Of a stretch of 64,000 nt of DNA, positions 1 to 8,173 are shown piece after piece (the stretch's first letter is position 1; every line of letters starts with the position of its first letter). The notes below the pieces were generated by a model. That model did no database searches and had not been told where the DNA came from. It was given only the letters and a program-made list of their open reading frames with translations. The DNA lies in contig JANLHL010000038.1 of NCBI GenBank assembly GCA_024654535.1, positions 41,581-105,580 of the forward strand, in the 5' to 3' direction. The position numbers and the translations under genes were made by a program. Origin of the DNA: Candidatus Roizmanbacteria bacterium (GTDB lineage Bacteria > Patescibacteriota > Microgenomatia > UBA1406).

Positions 1-2
1 CA

Positions 3-1556
3 TGGCGCTCAGCTGAGCCAGGTTTAGTTTTTATGGAACGTTATAACAAATGGAATAATAACTGGTATTGGAATCGTATTAACTGTGTCAATCCTTGTGG
101 AGAAGAGGGTTTACCACCATGGGGTGTGTGTAATCTGGGTTCTATAAACGTTGCGGCATTTGTGCGTCAAGAAGATGGTTTCCGAAAGCCAGGAACGTTT
201 GATTTTGAAAAGTTGAAAGAAACGGTGCGTATTGGTGTCCGTTTTCAAGACGACGTGATAGATGCAGATAAATACATTTTTGATGGTATTCGCAAAATGC
301 AGCTCGGAGGGGAAAGGCGAATAGGATTGGGGACTATGGGATTAGGAGACGCGCTTATCAAGATGCATTTGCGTTACGGTTCTGAAGAATCGCTCGTATT
401 TATAGAAAAGGTATACAAGACGATTCGAGATGAGGCCTTTGATGAGTCTGCAAATATTGCAAAAGAAAAGGGTGCGTTTCCAAAATTTGACAAGAAATTG
501 TATGTGAAAGGCAAGTTCATAAAAGAACTTCCGAAACAGATACGAGATAAAATTGCAAAGTATGGCGTACGAAACTCAATCATACTTATGCAGGCGCCGA
601 CAGGTTCGACATCTCTTATGGTCGGTGTTACTTCTGGGATTGAGCCGGTGTATGAATTTGAATTTACAAGGCGCGACAGGCTCGGTGAGCATACTATCCG
701 CCATCCTCTCTATGAAGCGTGGTTGCAAGATCAAGGAATAGTAAACGGCGCAGCAAAAAATGCTATCAAACCAGACTTTTTTGTTACTGCAAACGATCTA
801 ACACCAGAAGATCATGTAAAAGTACAAGCGGCTATTCAGAAATATGTCGACGCGTCTATTTCAAAAACGATTAATGCTCCCAATCATCACACAGTAGAGG
901 AAGTACGCAAAGCCTATATGATGGCGTACGATTTGGGTTTGAAGGGAGTCACGTATATGCGCGACGGCTCACGACCTGGAGTGCTTGAGCGTATTAAAGA
1001 AGAGAAAAAAGAAGAAGTGAAAGCTCCTGTCTATAAAGTAAAACCACGACCCATGTTGGTGAACGGATCGACCTATAAGATAGATACCCCAGTGGGTACC
1101 GCATTTATTACCGTGAATGCGGATCAAACCGGTGACCCATTTGAGCTTTTTATCAACATCGGGAAGGCAGGGAGTGACGTGGGCGCTATGGCAGAAGGCT
1201 TAGGGAGGATGATAACCCTCGTGCTTCGCATGAACGCAACACTAACGGGTAAGGAAAAACTTGAAAGGGTTATTGAACAACTTGAAAGCATCGGTGGTGC
1301 AAAAACGCTTGGTTTTGGAGATTCAAAGATACGAAGCCTGCCAGACGCTGTTGCGAAAGTGTTAATTCGGCACTTTGCGACACAGGCTGTGCAAGAAGCG
1401 GTAGGTGAACCAGTACAAATTGCAGCGCCCGTAGTTGCTGAACCTTCGGAGCGCAAGTCGAATTTTGACATTTGCCCGAAATGTGGCGACGTGTCATTTG
1501 CATACGAGGAGGGGTGCAAAAAATGCTACTCTTGTGCGTATAGCGAATGCGGATAG
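3..1556 (+). CDS. nrdJ: Class II (adenosylcobalamin-dependent) ribonucleotide reductase, C-terminal part; the 5' end lies outside the window
   Basis: The frame is open from nt 3 (WRSAEPGLVF precedes the first Met). Active-site stretch NPCGEEGLPPWGVCNLGSIN. C-terminal Cys-rich tail CPKCG...CKKCYSC. Confidence 0.85.
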   Translation, partial: WRSAEPGLVFMERYNKWNNNWYWNRINCVNPCGEEGLPPWGVCNLGSINVAAFVRQEDGFRKPGTFDFEKLKETVRIGVRFQDDVIDADKYIFDGIRKMQLGGERRIGLGTMGLGDALIKMHLRYGSEESLVFIEKVYKTIRDEAFDESANIAKEKGAFPKFDKKLYVKGKFIKELPKQIRDKIAKYGVRNSIILMQAPTGSTSLMVGVTSGIEPVYEFEFTRRDRLGEHTIRHPLYEAWLQDQGIVNGAAKNAIKPDFFVTANDLTPEDHVKVQAAIQKYVDASISKTINAPNHHTVEEVRKAYMMAYDLGLKGVTYMRDGSRPGVLERIKEEKKEEVKAPVYKVKPRPMLVNGSTYKIDTPVGTAFITVNADQTGDPFELFINIGKAGSDVGAMAEGLGRMITLVLRMNATLTGKEKLERVIEQLESIGGAKTLGFGDSKIRSLPDAVAKVLIRHFATQAVQEAVGEPVQIAAPVVAEPSERKSNFDICPKCGDVSFAYEEGCKKCYSCAYSECG

Positions 1557-1695
1557 CTAGACAGTGCTAGATTTACAGGAATATAAAAAAAGGTACATAA
1601 GTCTAGTTGAAAAAAGCAATATCACTAGAATACTGTTGTAATAAGTGATTTTAGACTGTCTTGATAGCTCAGGCTAGTTGATGGTGGAGGATTTA

Positions 1696-2151
1696 TTATA
1701 ATTCTTTTTCTAAATCAACCACCCGATCTTCGGTTCCATTATAAATACCATCTACATACGATTTCTTTCCATCGTGATAATAGCCCAATTTTTCATAAAG
1801 CTTTTTTGCTTGAAAATTAAGTTTTGGATTCACTGCCAAGCCAATTTTAGAAAAACCACTCTCTTTCACTCTTTTTTCACATTCCTTGATAAGTAAAGTA
1901 CCAAATTTTTTGCCCCGGTGGTTTTCAGCAATATATAAATCTTCTATATCGGGGTATTCTAGATGAGTTTCTTTTCCCTGCCATCTTAGTAGGACAAAGC
2001 CTACTGGTTTGTTTGTATGGAGTAATATTATAAAATCAACCAAACCCTTTTCCTGTAAATTAAATCTATCATAGATAACAACATCGCTTAAAGATGTCTT
2101 AATTTTCTTAATCGAAACAATGTCTTCTCTTGTAATATTTCTGATCAGCAT
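1696..2151 (-). CDS. GNAT family N-acetyltransferase
   Basis: Acetyl-CoA binding core YIAENHRGKKFGTLLIKECEKRVKESGFSKIGLAV...AKKLYEKLGY. 151 aa. Confidence 0.85.
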   Translation of the reverse strand: MLIRNITREDIVSIKKIKTSLSDVVIYDRFNLQEKGLVDFIILLHTNKPVGFVLLRWQGKETHLEYPDIEDLYIAENHRGKKFGTLLIKECEKRVKESGFSKIGLAVNPKLNFQAKKLYEKLGYYHDGKKSYVDGIYNGTEDRVVDLEKEL

Positions 2152-2249
2152 GTATGTATAGTATACAAAGAAGTCCGAATCGTATTTTCAGTGAAAGTAG
2201 TATCTATATTTTGATCTTGCTAAAAAACTGGTCCAGGCTGAAATAAGAT

Positions 2250-2268
2250 GTTAGAACTTTTTATGCTC
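2250..2268 (+). repeat. Intergenic motif copy A: GTTAGAACTTTTTATGCTC
   Basis: 18/19 identical to copy C. Lies 13 nt beyond the NUDIX gene's stop. Confidence 0.7.
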
Positions 2269-2280
2269 CGTTTGGTATCA

Positions 2281-2748
2281 TTAATGGCTTTTCGCAGTTT
2301 TCTCTAATACTTCATTTATTAAAAAAACCTCATTAGTTCGAAGGAGGGGAAGCTTATCTTGAGAATAAAAGCCATATTCCGATACTTCATGGGTGGGGAT
2401 GAAATCGCCCCCGATTAATATGCCTGTATAGCAAAGATCAATACGAGCTGTTTCTCGGTCAGTACGTGCCCTGAGTGATTCATCTACACTAACTACCAAT
2501 CCAGATTCTTCTTTTATTTCTCTCTCAAGAGCCTCTCGGGGATGCTCACCAGATTTTAAATATCCACCTGGCAAGCTCCACGAATGTGTTCGGTAGATAT
2601 GCTTAAATAGAAGAACTTCTTTTTTTTCATTCAAAATAATACCGGTAACACCAACAAGGAATTGATCTTGAAAGATACGCATCGCAAATAGCTGAGTATT
2701 TTTAGGAAGGTGTAAGGCTTTCCACAATTTAGCTAATAGAGTTTTCAT
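2281..2748 (-). CDS. NUDIX hydrolase
   Basis: Nudix box GGYLKSGEHPREALEREIKEESGL. The start overlaps the upstream gene's stop by 4 nt. Confidence 0.85.
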   Translation of the reverse strand: MKTLLAKLWKALHLPKNTQLFAMRIFQDQFLVGVTGIILNEKKEVLLFKHIYRTHSWSLPGGYLKSGEHPREALEREIKEESGLVVSVDESLRARTDRETARIDLCYTGILIGGDFIPTHEVSEYGFYSQDKLPLLRTNEVFLINEVLEKTAKSH

Positions 2749-3089
2749 AATGCATTTCTGTCACTCGATACCAAGCCAGAGTCTTTTCCTAACTTTTCAT
2801 TTTTTATTTCAAGTTGATGAACTCTCTTTGTTAGTTCAAGTACTTCTGCTTTATTTTTTCTGATCTCACCATCCTTACCACGAAGCACAAACGAGTTTGA
2901 AATAGAATTAACAAGGTAAGCTAGATAGGATAGAACCAAACCGATAAGTAATGAACCGATTATGACATAAAAAAGTGGGATTGTATTGAGTACGTAAAAT
3001 CCCAGATTAACTGAAACTGGCTGAAAATTAAATCTAGAAATATAAACAAGCATCGATCCCACTACTAAAGAAAAAATAAGTACTAACAT
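2745..3089 (-). CDS. LapA-domain (DUF1049-like) membrane protein with a C-terminal coiled coil
   Basis: Two TM helices flank QPVSVNLGF, followed by a charged helical tail (KNKAEVLELTKRVHQLEIKNEKL). Confidence 0.55.
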   Translation of the reverse strand: MLVLIFSLVVGSMLVYISRFNFQPVSVNLGFYVLNTIPLFYVIIGSLLIGLVLSYLAYLVNSISNSFVLRGKDGEIRKNKAEVLELTKRVHQLEIKNEKLGKDSGLVSSDRNAL

Positions 3090-3122
3090 ATGGTTATTTA
3101 ATTTATTTAATCTAAGTCCTTT

Positions 3123-3266
3123 TTATCTCAATATTCCAAGTGCGATAACTCCTGTAAGAATAAGATATCCCGCAATTAAATAATTAAGAAATCTAGGAAA
3201 TATAAGAATCAATAAGCCAAATATAATTGAAGTAAATGGGGTTAAGTTTGAAAATGAAATACTCAT
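3123..3266 (-). CDS. DUF3096-like small membrane protein
   Basis: IIFGLLILIFPRFLNYLIAGYLILTGVIALGIL pattern. I chose the internal Met at 3266 because the longer ORF overlaps the upstream gene. Confidence 0.5.
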   Translation of the reverse strand: MSISFSNLTPFTSIIFGLLILIFPRFLNYLIAGYLILTGVIALGILR

Positions 3267-3270
3267 ATAT

Positions 3271-3522
3271 TTATTTATTTCGGGCCATTCGGCCAATGTA
3301 GATAACGACAACAGCTCCTATAACTGCAACGATGAAGCTATAAAGGTTGAAACCTGTTACTCCAGATTGTCCGAACAGATTCATAATAAACCCTCCAACC
3401 ACGGAACCTATTATCCCCATGATTATGTCAGAGACTGTCCCTTGTCCTGAATTAGTCTTCATAATTATCGATGCAATCCATCCTGCTAAAGCCCCAAAAA
3501 TGATCCAAAGTAGTATCCCCAT
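3271..3522 (-). CDS. GlsB/YeaQ/YmgE family (transglycosylase-associated) stress membrane protein
   Basis: MGILLWIIFGALAGWIASIIM...IIMGIIGSVVGGFIMNLFG, the typical family signature. Confidence 0.8.
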   Translation of the reverse strand: MGILLWIIFGALAGWIASIIMKTNSGQGTVSDIIMGIIGSVVGGFIMNLFGQSGVTGFNLYSFIVAVIGAVVVIYIGRMARNK

Positions 3523-3552
3523 ATTTAGATATATTTAATTATTAATATTTTC

Positions 3553-3765
3553 TTATTTTGTCTGTTGAACATTTACGTCTATCTTATTCGGTACAACTAC
3601 CTGAGGGGTAGGAACGTTTATTTGGAATACCCCCATTCGTTTTATTGCAGGAATACCAAAAAATATCAATATTCCGATAAAACCTAAAACTATGAATGCA
3701 CCTATCAAAAAATTTGTTCCTCCCGAATCAGTTGCTGGCGTTGTGCTGTTTACTATAGTGGTCAT
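3553..3765 (-). CDS. Small single-pass membrane protein, function unknown
   Basis: 70-aa ORF with one TM (FLIGAFIVLGFIGILIFFGIPAI). ATGA overlap with the upstream gene. Confidence 0.45.
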   Translation of the reverse strand: MTTIVNSTTPATDSGGTNFLIGAFIVLGFIGILIFFGIPAIKRMGVFQINVPTPQVVVPNKIDVNVQQTK

Positions 3766-4103
3766 AATGATTTAATTGCGTTATTAACTTCTTTGGTTGT
3801 TTTATCAAGTGAATTTTTTGCTGAAGCGACTACTTTTTTTACTTTCAACTTGTCAGCCGAAATTCTTTGCCCAAGTATTTTTTTCTCTACCTCCATTTTT
3901 TTTTGTGTTTTATCAACATACTTTTTTACATTACCTTTTACGGTAGATGCAATTTTTACAATTTTCTCTCTATTTATTTCATCAGAAAGTACTACTCCAG
4001 CAACAGCAATTCCAGCTCCTATAGCCGCTCCTGCGACGGCAACTGCCACTGGATTGGCTTTTCCTTTCACTTCACTTTGCTTACCCATCTTTTGATCACT
4101 CAT
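3762..4103 (-). CDS. YtxH-like general-stress-type protein
   Basis: Gly/Ala-rich TM segment (VAVAVAGAAIGAGIAVAGVVL) followed by a long Lys-rich helical region. Confidence 0.5.
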   Translation of the reverse strand: MSDQKMGKQSEVKGKANPVAVAVAGAAIGAGIAVAGVVLSDEINREKIVKIASTVKGNVKKYVDKTQKKMEVEKKILGQRISADKLKVKKVVASAKNSLDKTTKEVNNAIKSL

Positions 4104-4137
4104 ATTGTTTATTAATTAATTTGTAAATATATAACCC

Positions 4138-4575
4138 TTATTCTGTTTCTATATCTTTTGGCGTGATTGGGTAAATAATCTCAAGTAGATATACTAATCC
4201 CCACGCAACACAGAGATACACTATCACGGCAATTATTGTTGACCATTCAATCATCGAACTTCCTTGTATAGACAATCCTAAAATACCATTGAAAGGGGCC
4301 GCAAGCGGAGAAGTGATTGAATAAATCAAATTGGTAAACCCGACAGAAGGATTAGCCCCCAACATTTTTAATGCCAGTCTAAAGAGTAGCAATACTTCAA
4401 TAAACCCTAAGATATACCAAATAATTTGATTGAATCGCAAAATAGTTTTCTTCTTTTCGAAGACGACTTGAGGAGTTTCGCCTCTTACGCTTGGCTCAAC
4501 CTGTTTCGTTGTTTTTCTTACTACCTGAGTTGGATTTTGATTTTCAACTATCGTTACTTCTTCTTGTGTTGTCAT
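4138..4575 (-). CDS. YggT-family-like membrane protein
   Basis: FRLALKMLGANPSVGFTNLIYSITSPLAAPFNGILG resembles the YGGT repeat. A -10 box TATACT lies 6 nt before the ATG. Confidence 0.55.
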   Translation of the reverse strand: MTTQEEVTIVENQNPTQVVRKTTKQVEPSVRGETPQVVFEKKKTILRFNQIIWYILGFIEVLLLFRLALKMLGANPSVGFTNLIYSITSPLAAPFNGILGLSIQGSSMIEWSTIIAVIVYLCVAWGLVYLLEIIYPITPKDIETE

Positions 4576-4651
4576 AGCGTTAGTATATGTCGACTTAACA
4601 AGTTAATCTGTAACGTAAAAGACGACTAGCTATTAAGAGAGATTAAACTGC

Positions 4652-4673
4652 GAGTGTGAGCGAGATTACACTC
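4652..4673. promoter_or_regulatory. CRP/FNR-type palindrome TGTGA-N6-TTACA within GAGTGT-N10-ACACTC
   Basis: TGTGAGCGAGATTACA at 4655-4670, between the Crp-family gene's stop (4681) and the start of the YggT-like gene (4575). One mismatch to TGTGA-N6-TCACA. Confidence 0.45.
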
Positions 4674-4680
4674 TTGCGTC

Positions 4681-5322
4681 CTAAGCGATTAATTCGAGTT
4701 CAAGATCCTTGATATTTTTAAATATCATTGAACGATCAACATACTTAACAAGCCCTTTTTTTTCCAATCGACCCATTTCAATACTTGCCGTTTCCCGAGC
4801 GATACCAACTAACGTTGCAACATCTTGTTGGGTAAAACGATGGTTAACAATCGTACCTTGTCCATTTTCCATTCCAAAATGTTTAGCTATATATAAAAGT
4901 ACAGAAATGACTCTTCGGTATGCATCACTAAAAACAAGATGCTCGATCCTCGATAATATCTCAGCATAATCTCCTAAGAGTTTACTCATGAGTTCAAGAA
5001 TGATCGCTGGTTTATCTTCAATAAAAGAGACCACCTGTTCTTTTGGTGCACGTCCTACCTCAACTGATGTTAAGGCTTCATAAAAATATATGTTTGGGGC
5101 ACCATTAATTGCCCAGATAAGAGGAAAGTAGGTAATAGGCTTGAGAATTTGAAGGGTCAATTCAATCCCGGTTTTGGAAATGGTATATTGTCGCACATAT
5201 CCTTTTGTTAAACAAAAAATGCCTTGAGGATTGTCGTCGGCACGAATAAGATTTTCGCCCTTCTTGTATACACGGGTAGAGAACTGCTTATAAAAAACTT
5301 CGAATTCCTTCGTCTTATCCAT
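4681..5322 (-). CDS. Crp/Fnr family transcriptional regulator
   Basis: N-terminal cNMP-binding-like beta-roll and a C-terminal HTH (QQDVATLVGIARETASIEMGRLEKKGLV). Confidence 0.85.
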   Translation of the reverse strand: MDKTKEFEVFYKQFSTRVYKKGENLIRADDNPQGIFCLTKGYVRQYTISKTGIELTLQILKPITYFPLIWAINGAPNIYFYEALTSVEVGRAPKEQVVSFIEDKPAIILELMSKLLGDYAEILSRIEHLVFSDAYRRVISVLLYIAKHFGMENGQGTIVNHRFTQQDVATLVGIARETASIEMGRLEKKGLVKYVDRSMIFKNIKDLELELIA

Positions 5323-5452
5323 ATTTACTAATATATGATGCTAATAGCTATATTATACACCATAAACAGCTTCGAATCTTTAAGCAAAGCTGTGAAGAGT
5401 TAAAGGAGCGTTTTCGTGATTCACCTATCCCTAGTTTAGGCGAGTGGACGAT

Positions 5453-5463
5453 GTTAGAACCTT
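5453..5463 (+). repeat. Intergenic motif copy B: GTTAGAACCTT
   Basis: Perfect 11-mer shared with copies C and D. Preceded by GAT, as in copy A. Confidence 0.7.
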
Positions 5464-5496
5464 ATAATTTTATTATATATTTAACTTGAGCTTGCA

Positions 5497-5553
5497 CCTC
5501 AATGCTATTCGGTGCTAGCACTGAGCTTGTCGAAGTGTTCAGAGCAATTGAGG
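5497..5553. other. Imperfect 57-nt hairpin bracketed by motif copies B and C
   Basis: CCTCAATGC (5497-5505) pairs with GCAATTGAGG (5544-5553) with one bulged A. Internal short helices are possible. Confidence 0.4.
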
Positions 5554-5555
5554 GC

Positions 5556-5574
5556 GTTAGAACCTTTTATGCTC
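5556..5574 (+). repeat. Intergenic motif copy C: GTTAGAACCTTTTATGCTC
   Basis: Direct repeat of copy B, 103 nt downstream of it. Lies 54 nt beyond the CPBP gene's stop. Confidence 0.7.
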
Positions 5575-5627
5575 AAATTTAGTATGGTAAATGAGAATTA
5601 TTCATTCCAGTATATAAATACGGCAAC

Positions 5628-6389
5628 TTACCTAAGTAAAGAAGGGAGAATTGTAAGCAGAAAAATATCAGCAGTAAAATGAGCTATCATTGCCGATTCA
5701 AGTCCTTTTTTCCAAAACAGCCAGCCAAAAACTACCCCTCCAACTCCATTCAAAACAACTGCGCGGCTCACAACAAGGGGAGTTATTTTTGTTAAAGATG
5801 ATGTAATAGGGAGGTGTCCTAAACCAAAAATGATTGCAGCGAGAACAATAGAGATGAGAATAATCATTACTGATGGTTTTTTTTGTCTCAGCAGCTTCAT
5901 TCCGAGGAAGATAAAAAGTGTCATCATAAATAATCTCATTAGGACCTCTTCGGTAATCCCCCCATAAAAAGAAGCGAGTAGAGTTTGCCAAATAGGTGCA
6001 TAGTTTTGGTGAGTGGTAAGCCCCGCTCCAAGAATGGTAAAAAGAATATCTAAACCATAAATGGAAACGGCAACAGCTATTCCAAAAAAAATTGATTTTC
6101 CTGCGATATTTTTTAGAACGATCATATAATCTCCTTTTTTAACCATTAATTCAAGAAGTGGGAGTTGAAAATTGATTTTTTTTGTAAAAATCAATCCAAA
6201 AAATATTACTACGGAGAAAAGGATAATACTCTGAATAAATTGGGCAAGGAAAATAGTAGTAATCGGTACATCTATAGCATTCAATAATTCCGCTTGAACA
6301 GTAACAACGTATGGAAAGACACAAACTACACTCATAAGACTTAAGCTGAGTAAAACAAAAAAGATTTTCCAATTGATTATTTTTTTCAT
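5628..6389 (-). CDS. CPBP family intramembrane glutamic endopeptidase (CAAX protease-like)
   Basis: Motifs GGITEEVLMRLF (EExxxR), FGLGHL (FxxxH) and IAHFTADI (HxxxD) in a polytopic protein. Confidence 0.85.
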   Translation of the reverse strand: MKKIINWKIFFVLLSLSLMSVVCVFPYVVTVQAELLNAIDVPITTIFLAQFIQSIILFSVVIFFGLIFTKKINFQLPLLELMVKKGDYMIVLKNIAGKSIFFGIAVAVSIYGLDILFTILGAGLTTHQNYAPIWQTLLASFYGGITEEVLMRLFMMTLFIFLGMKLLRQKKPSVMIILISIVLAAIIFGLGHLPITSSLTKITPLVVSRAVVLNGVGGVVFGWLFWKKGLESAMIAHFTADIFLLTILPSLLR

Positions 6390-6415
6390 ATATTGCTATT
6401 TATTCATAAAAAACT

Positions 6416-7216
6416 CTAAGAACTCGTATCTTTAATATGAATGTTATTTAGGTGACCAATTCCAACAACAATCATAAGAAAAGAGAATAGAAAGGACATA
6501 ATCATAGAGCCCACATTTATAGTCTGCCCATAAAATGGCTTGGCAATTTCCCCCAGACCCAAAGGAAAGATAACAAAAAACCCAACTATAAAAACAGCGG
6601 GCAAAAATAGTATTCCAACAATATTCTTTCGCAAACTCAAGATGGATGTAATAAAAAAAGCCGGCATAACAAAACAAAGATCTAAGAGATAAATCGAGTA
6701 GAGATATTCAATTCTATTTCTATCCCTCATGAGGGGAATAAGTGCTGATATCCAAAGAAATGTAAAAAGTGAAGCGATTAATATTCCAATAACCGCTGAC
6801 AAAGTGACAAGTTTGTTTGAATATTTTAATTTACCCAAAAAATCACTTTTTACACGCATCAAGCTATATAATATACTCCAGAATGATGATGCAAAAATTG
6901 CGCAATATAATATGTATAAAAAGTTGTACACACGTTCAATAGTAAATATTCCATAAAGATAGAAAAACGACCCCATAATTCCGAAGATGAAGATTTGTGT
7001 TTTTAATGAATTTTCTTTTGTTTTTATAATGAGATAAAACAAAAATATGCATAGTATCATAGTTAGTACATCTTGAGGTAGAGCGCCAGGGATAAATTCT
7101 TTAGCAAATACTCCATCGTATATGTGAGGAGCAGCAATTCCAATACTAGCAGCAATAAATGTTAATCCTGTTGTGATACTCCAGAGAATTTTATTTGTGC
7201 TTAGATTGCTAAACAT
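6416..7216 (-). CDS. Polytopic membrane protein, function unknown
   Basis: 266-aa ORF with about 8 hydrophobic segments. Extended -10 TGaTATAAT lies 7 nt before the ATG. Confidence 0.6.
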   Translation of the reverse strand: MFSNLSTNKILWSITTGLTFIAASIGIAAPHIYDGVFAKEFIPGALPQDVLTMILCIFLFYLIIKTKENSLKTQIFIFGIMGSFFYLYGIFTIERVYNFLYILYCAIFASSFWSILYSLMRVKSDFLGKLKYSNKLVTLSAVIGILIASLFTFLWISALIPLMRDRNRIEYLYSIYLLDLCFVMPAFFITSILSLRKNIVGILFLPAVFIVGFFVIFPLGLGEIAKPFYGQTINVGSMIMSFLFSFLMIVVGIGHLNNIHIKDTSS

Positions 7217-7234
7217 AATTTCTATTATATCAAG

Positions 7235-7245
7235 AAGGTTCTAAC
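7235..7245 (-). repeat. Intergenic motif copy D (inverted): GTTAGAACCTT on the minus strand
   Basis: The plus strand reads AAGGTTCTAAC. Lies 12 nt downstream of the tRNA-Tyr 3' end and just upstream of the TGaTATAAT promoter of the 6416-7216 gene. Confidence 0.7.
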
Positions 7246-7257
7246 GTAGATTACGAG

Positions 7258-7341
7258 TCCAGGGGGGAGGATTCGAACCTCCGTAGGGAAATTCCCGACA
7301 GATTTACAGTCTGTTCCGATTGGCCGCTCCGGCACCCCTGG
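7258..7341 (-). tRNA. tRNA-Tyr (GTA), type II with a long variable arm; no encoded CCA
   Basis: Hand-folded. Acceptor CCAGGGG/CCCCTGG, anticodon loop CTGTAAA, T-arm GGAGGTTCGAATCCTCC, discriminator A. Confidence 0.9.
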
Positions 7342-7465
7342 ATTAGTGTTATTATAACAAACCGAACGAGGCTTTCACCACTCATACTTTCAAGCAGTTT
7401 TAACTTTTATAATATAAATTGCCGTATAATTGCAGCATGTGTAACTATGCGCTAAAGAATTATGA

Positions 7466-8137
7466 ATGCTTACATACAAAATGAAATTACTTTTAACGTC
7501 ATCGGGAATTACAAACAAATCGATAGAGAAGGCGCTCCGTGAGCTTTTGGATAAGTCTTTCAAAGAAGCTTGTGTTGTATTTGTTCCAACTGCAGCAAAT
7601 GGTGAAGCAGGAGATAAATCGTGGTTGGTGAACGATATGAATAATTTTAGAATATTGGGATTTAAATCGTTTGAAATTATAGATATTGCTGTTGTTCCTC
7701 AGAATATTTGGTTACCACGTTTTAAAAATGCAGATGTACTTGTTTTTGGTGGAGGCGACCAGAAGTATCTACTTACTCAAATGCGAGAATCAGGCTTAGA
7801 GAATGAGTTACAAACAATGCTTCAATCGAAAGTATACGTAGGTATAAGCGCAGGTAGTATGGTAACGGCGCAGAGCATTACGCTTTCTTATACAAATATA
7901 TTGTATTATGAAAAAGAAGGGAGATTTGAAGATATTGATGGTTTAGGGTATGTGGATTTTGAGATACGTCCTCACCTTAACTCAAAGTGGTTTCCAAAAG
8001 TAAACATTCCCTATTTGAGTGATCTTGCCAAAAAACATAACCGGCCATTCTATGCTATAGACGACGCATCAGCTGTGGTAGTCGACAGAGAGAAAGTACG
8101 TGTTGTTTCAGAGGGTACGTGGAAGAAATTCAATTAA
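7466..8137 (+). CDS. Peptidase S51 (dipeptidase E-like) / class I glutamine amidotransferase-like protein
   Basis: LLLTSSG...VFVPTAA...VLVFGGGD...VYVGISAGSMV nucleophile-elbow pattern. The true start may be the Met at 7481. Confidence 0.7.
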   Translation: MLTYKMKLLLTSSGITNKSIEKALRELLDKSFKEACVVFVPTAANGEAGDKSWLVNDMNNFRILGFKSFEIIDIAVVPQNIWLPRFKNADVLVFGGGDQKYLLTQMRESGLENELQTMLQSKVYVGISAGSMVTAQSITLSYTNILYYEKEGRFEDIDGLGYVDFEIRPHLNSKWFPKVNIPYLSDLAKKHNRPFYAIDDASAVVVDREKVRVVSEGTWKKFN

Positions 8138-8173
8138 GCTTTTTTTCAGAAATTATTCATATTATATATCCAT

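Noticed and set aside
3-1556. Intein or insertion within the class II RNR
   Set aside because: The visible 517 aa align in my reading as a continuous RNR C-terminal half. I saw no intein splicing-block or LAGLIDADG-type homing-endonuclease motifs and no length anomaly.
1557-1695. Long-range complementarity AGACAGT (about 1559-1565) with ACTGTCT (about 1656-1662) between the convergent nrdJ and GNAT genes
   Set aside because: It is only 7 bp separated by about 90 nt, with no supporting helices or U-tract. It is compatible with chance in AT-rich sequence.
3793-4095. Antisense ORFs overlapping annotated genes
   Set aside because: Other examples are 3347-3538, 1124-1519, 17649-18140, 35514-36038, 23094-23384 and 49137-49481. 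They lie opposite genes with clear family motifs, show low-complexity or biased composition, and lack promoter or start contexts. They are treated as shadow ORFs.
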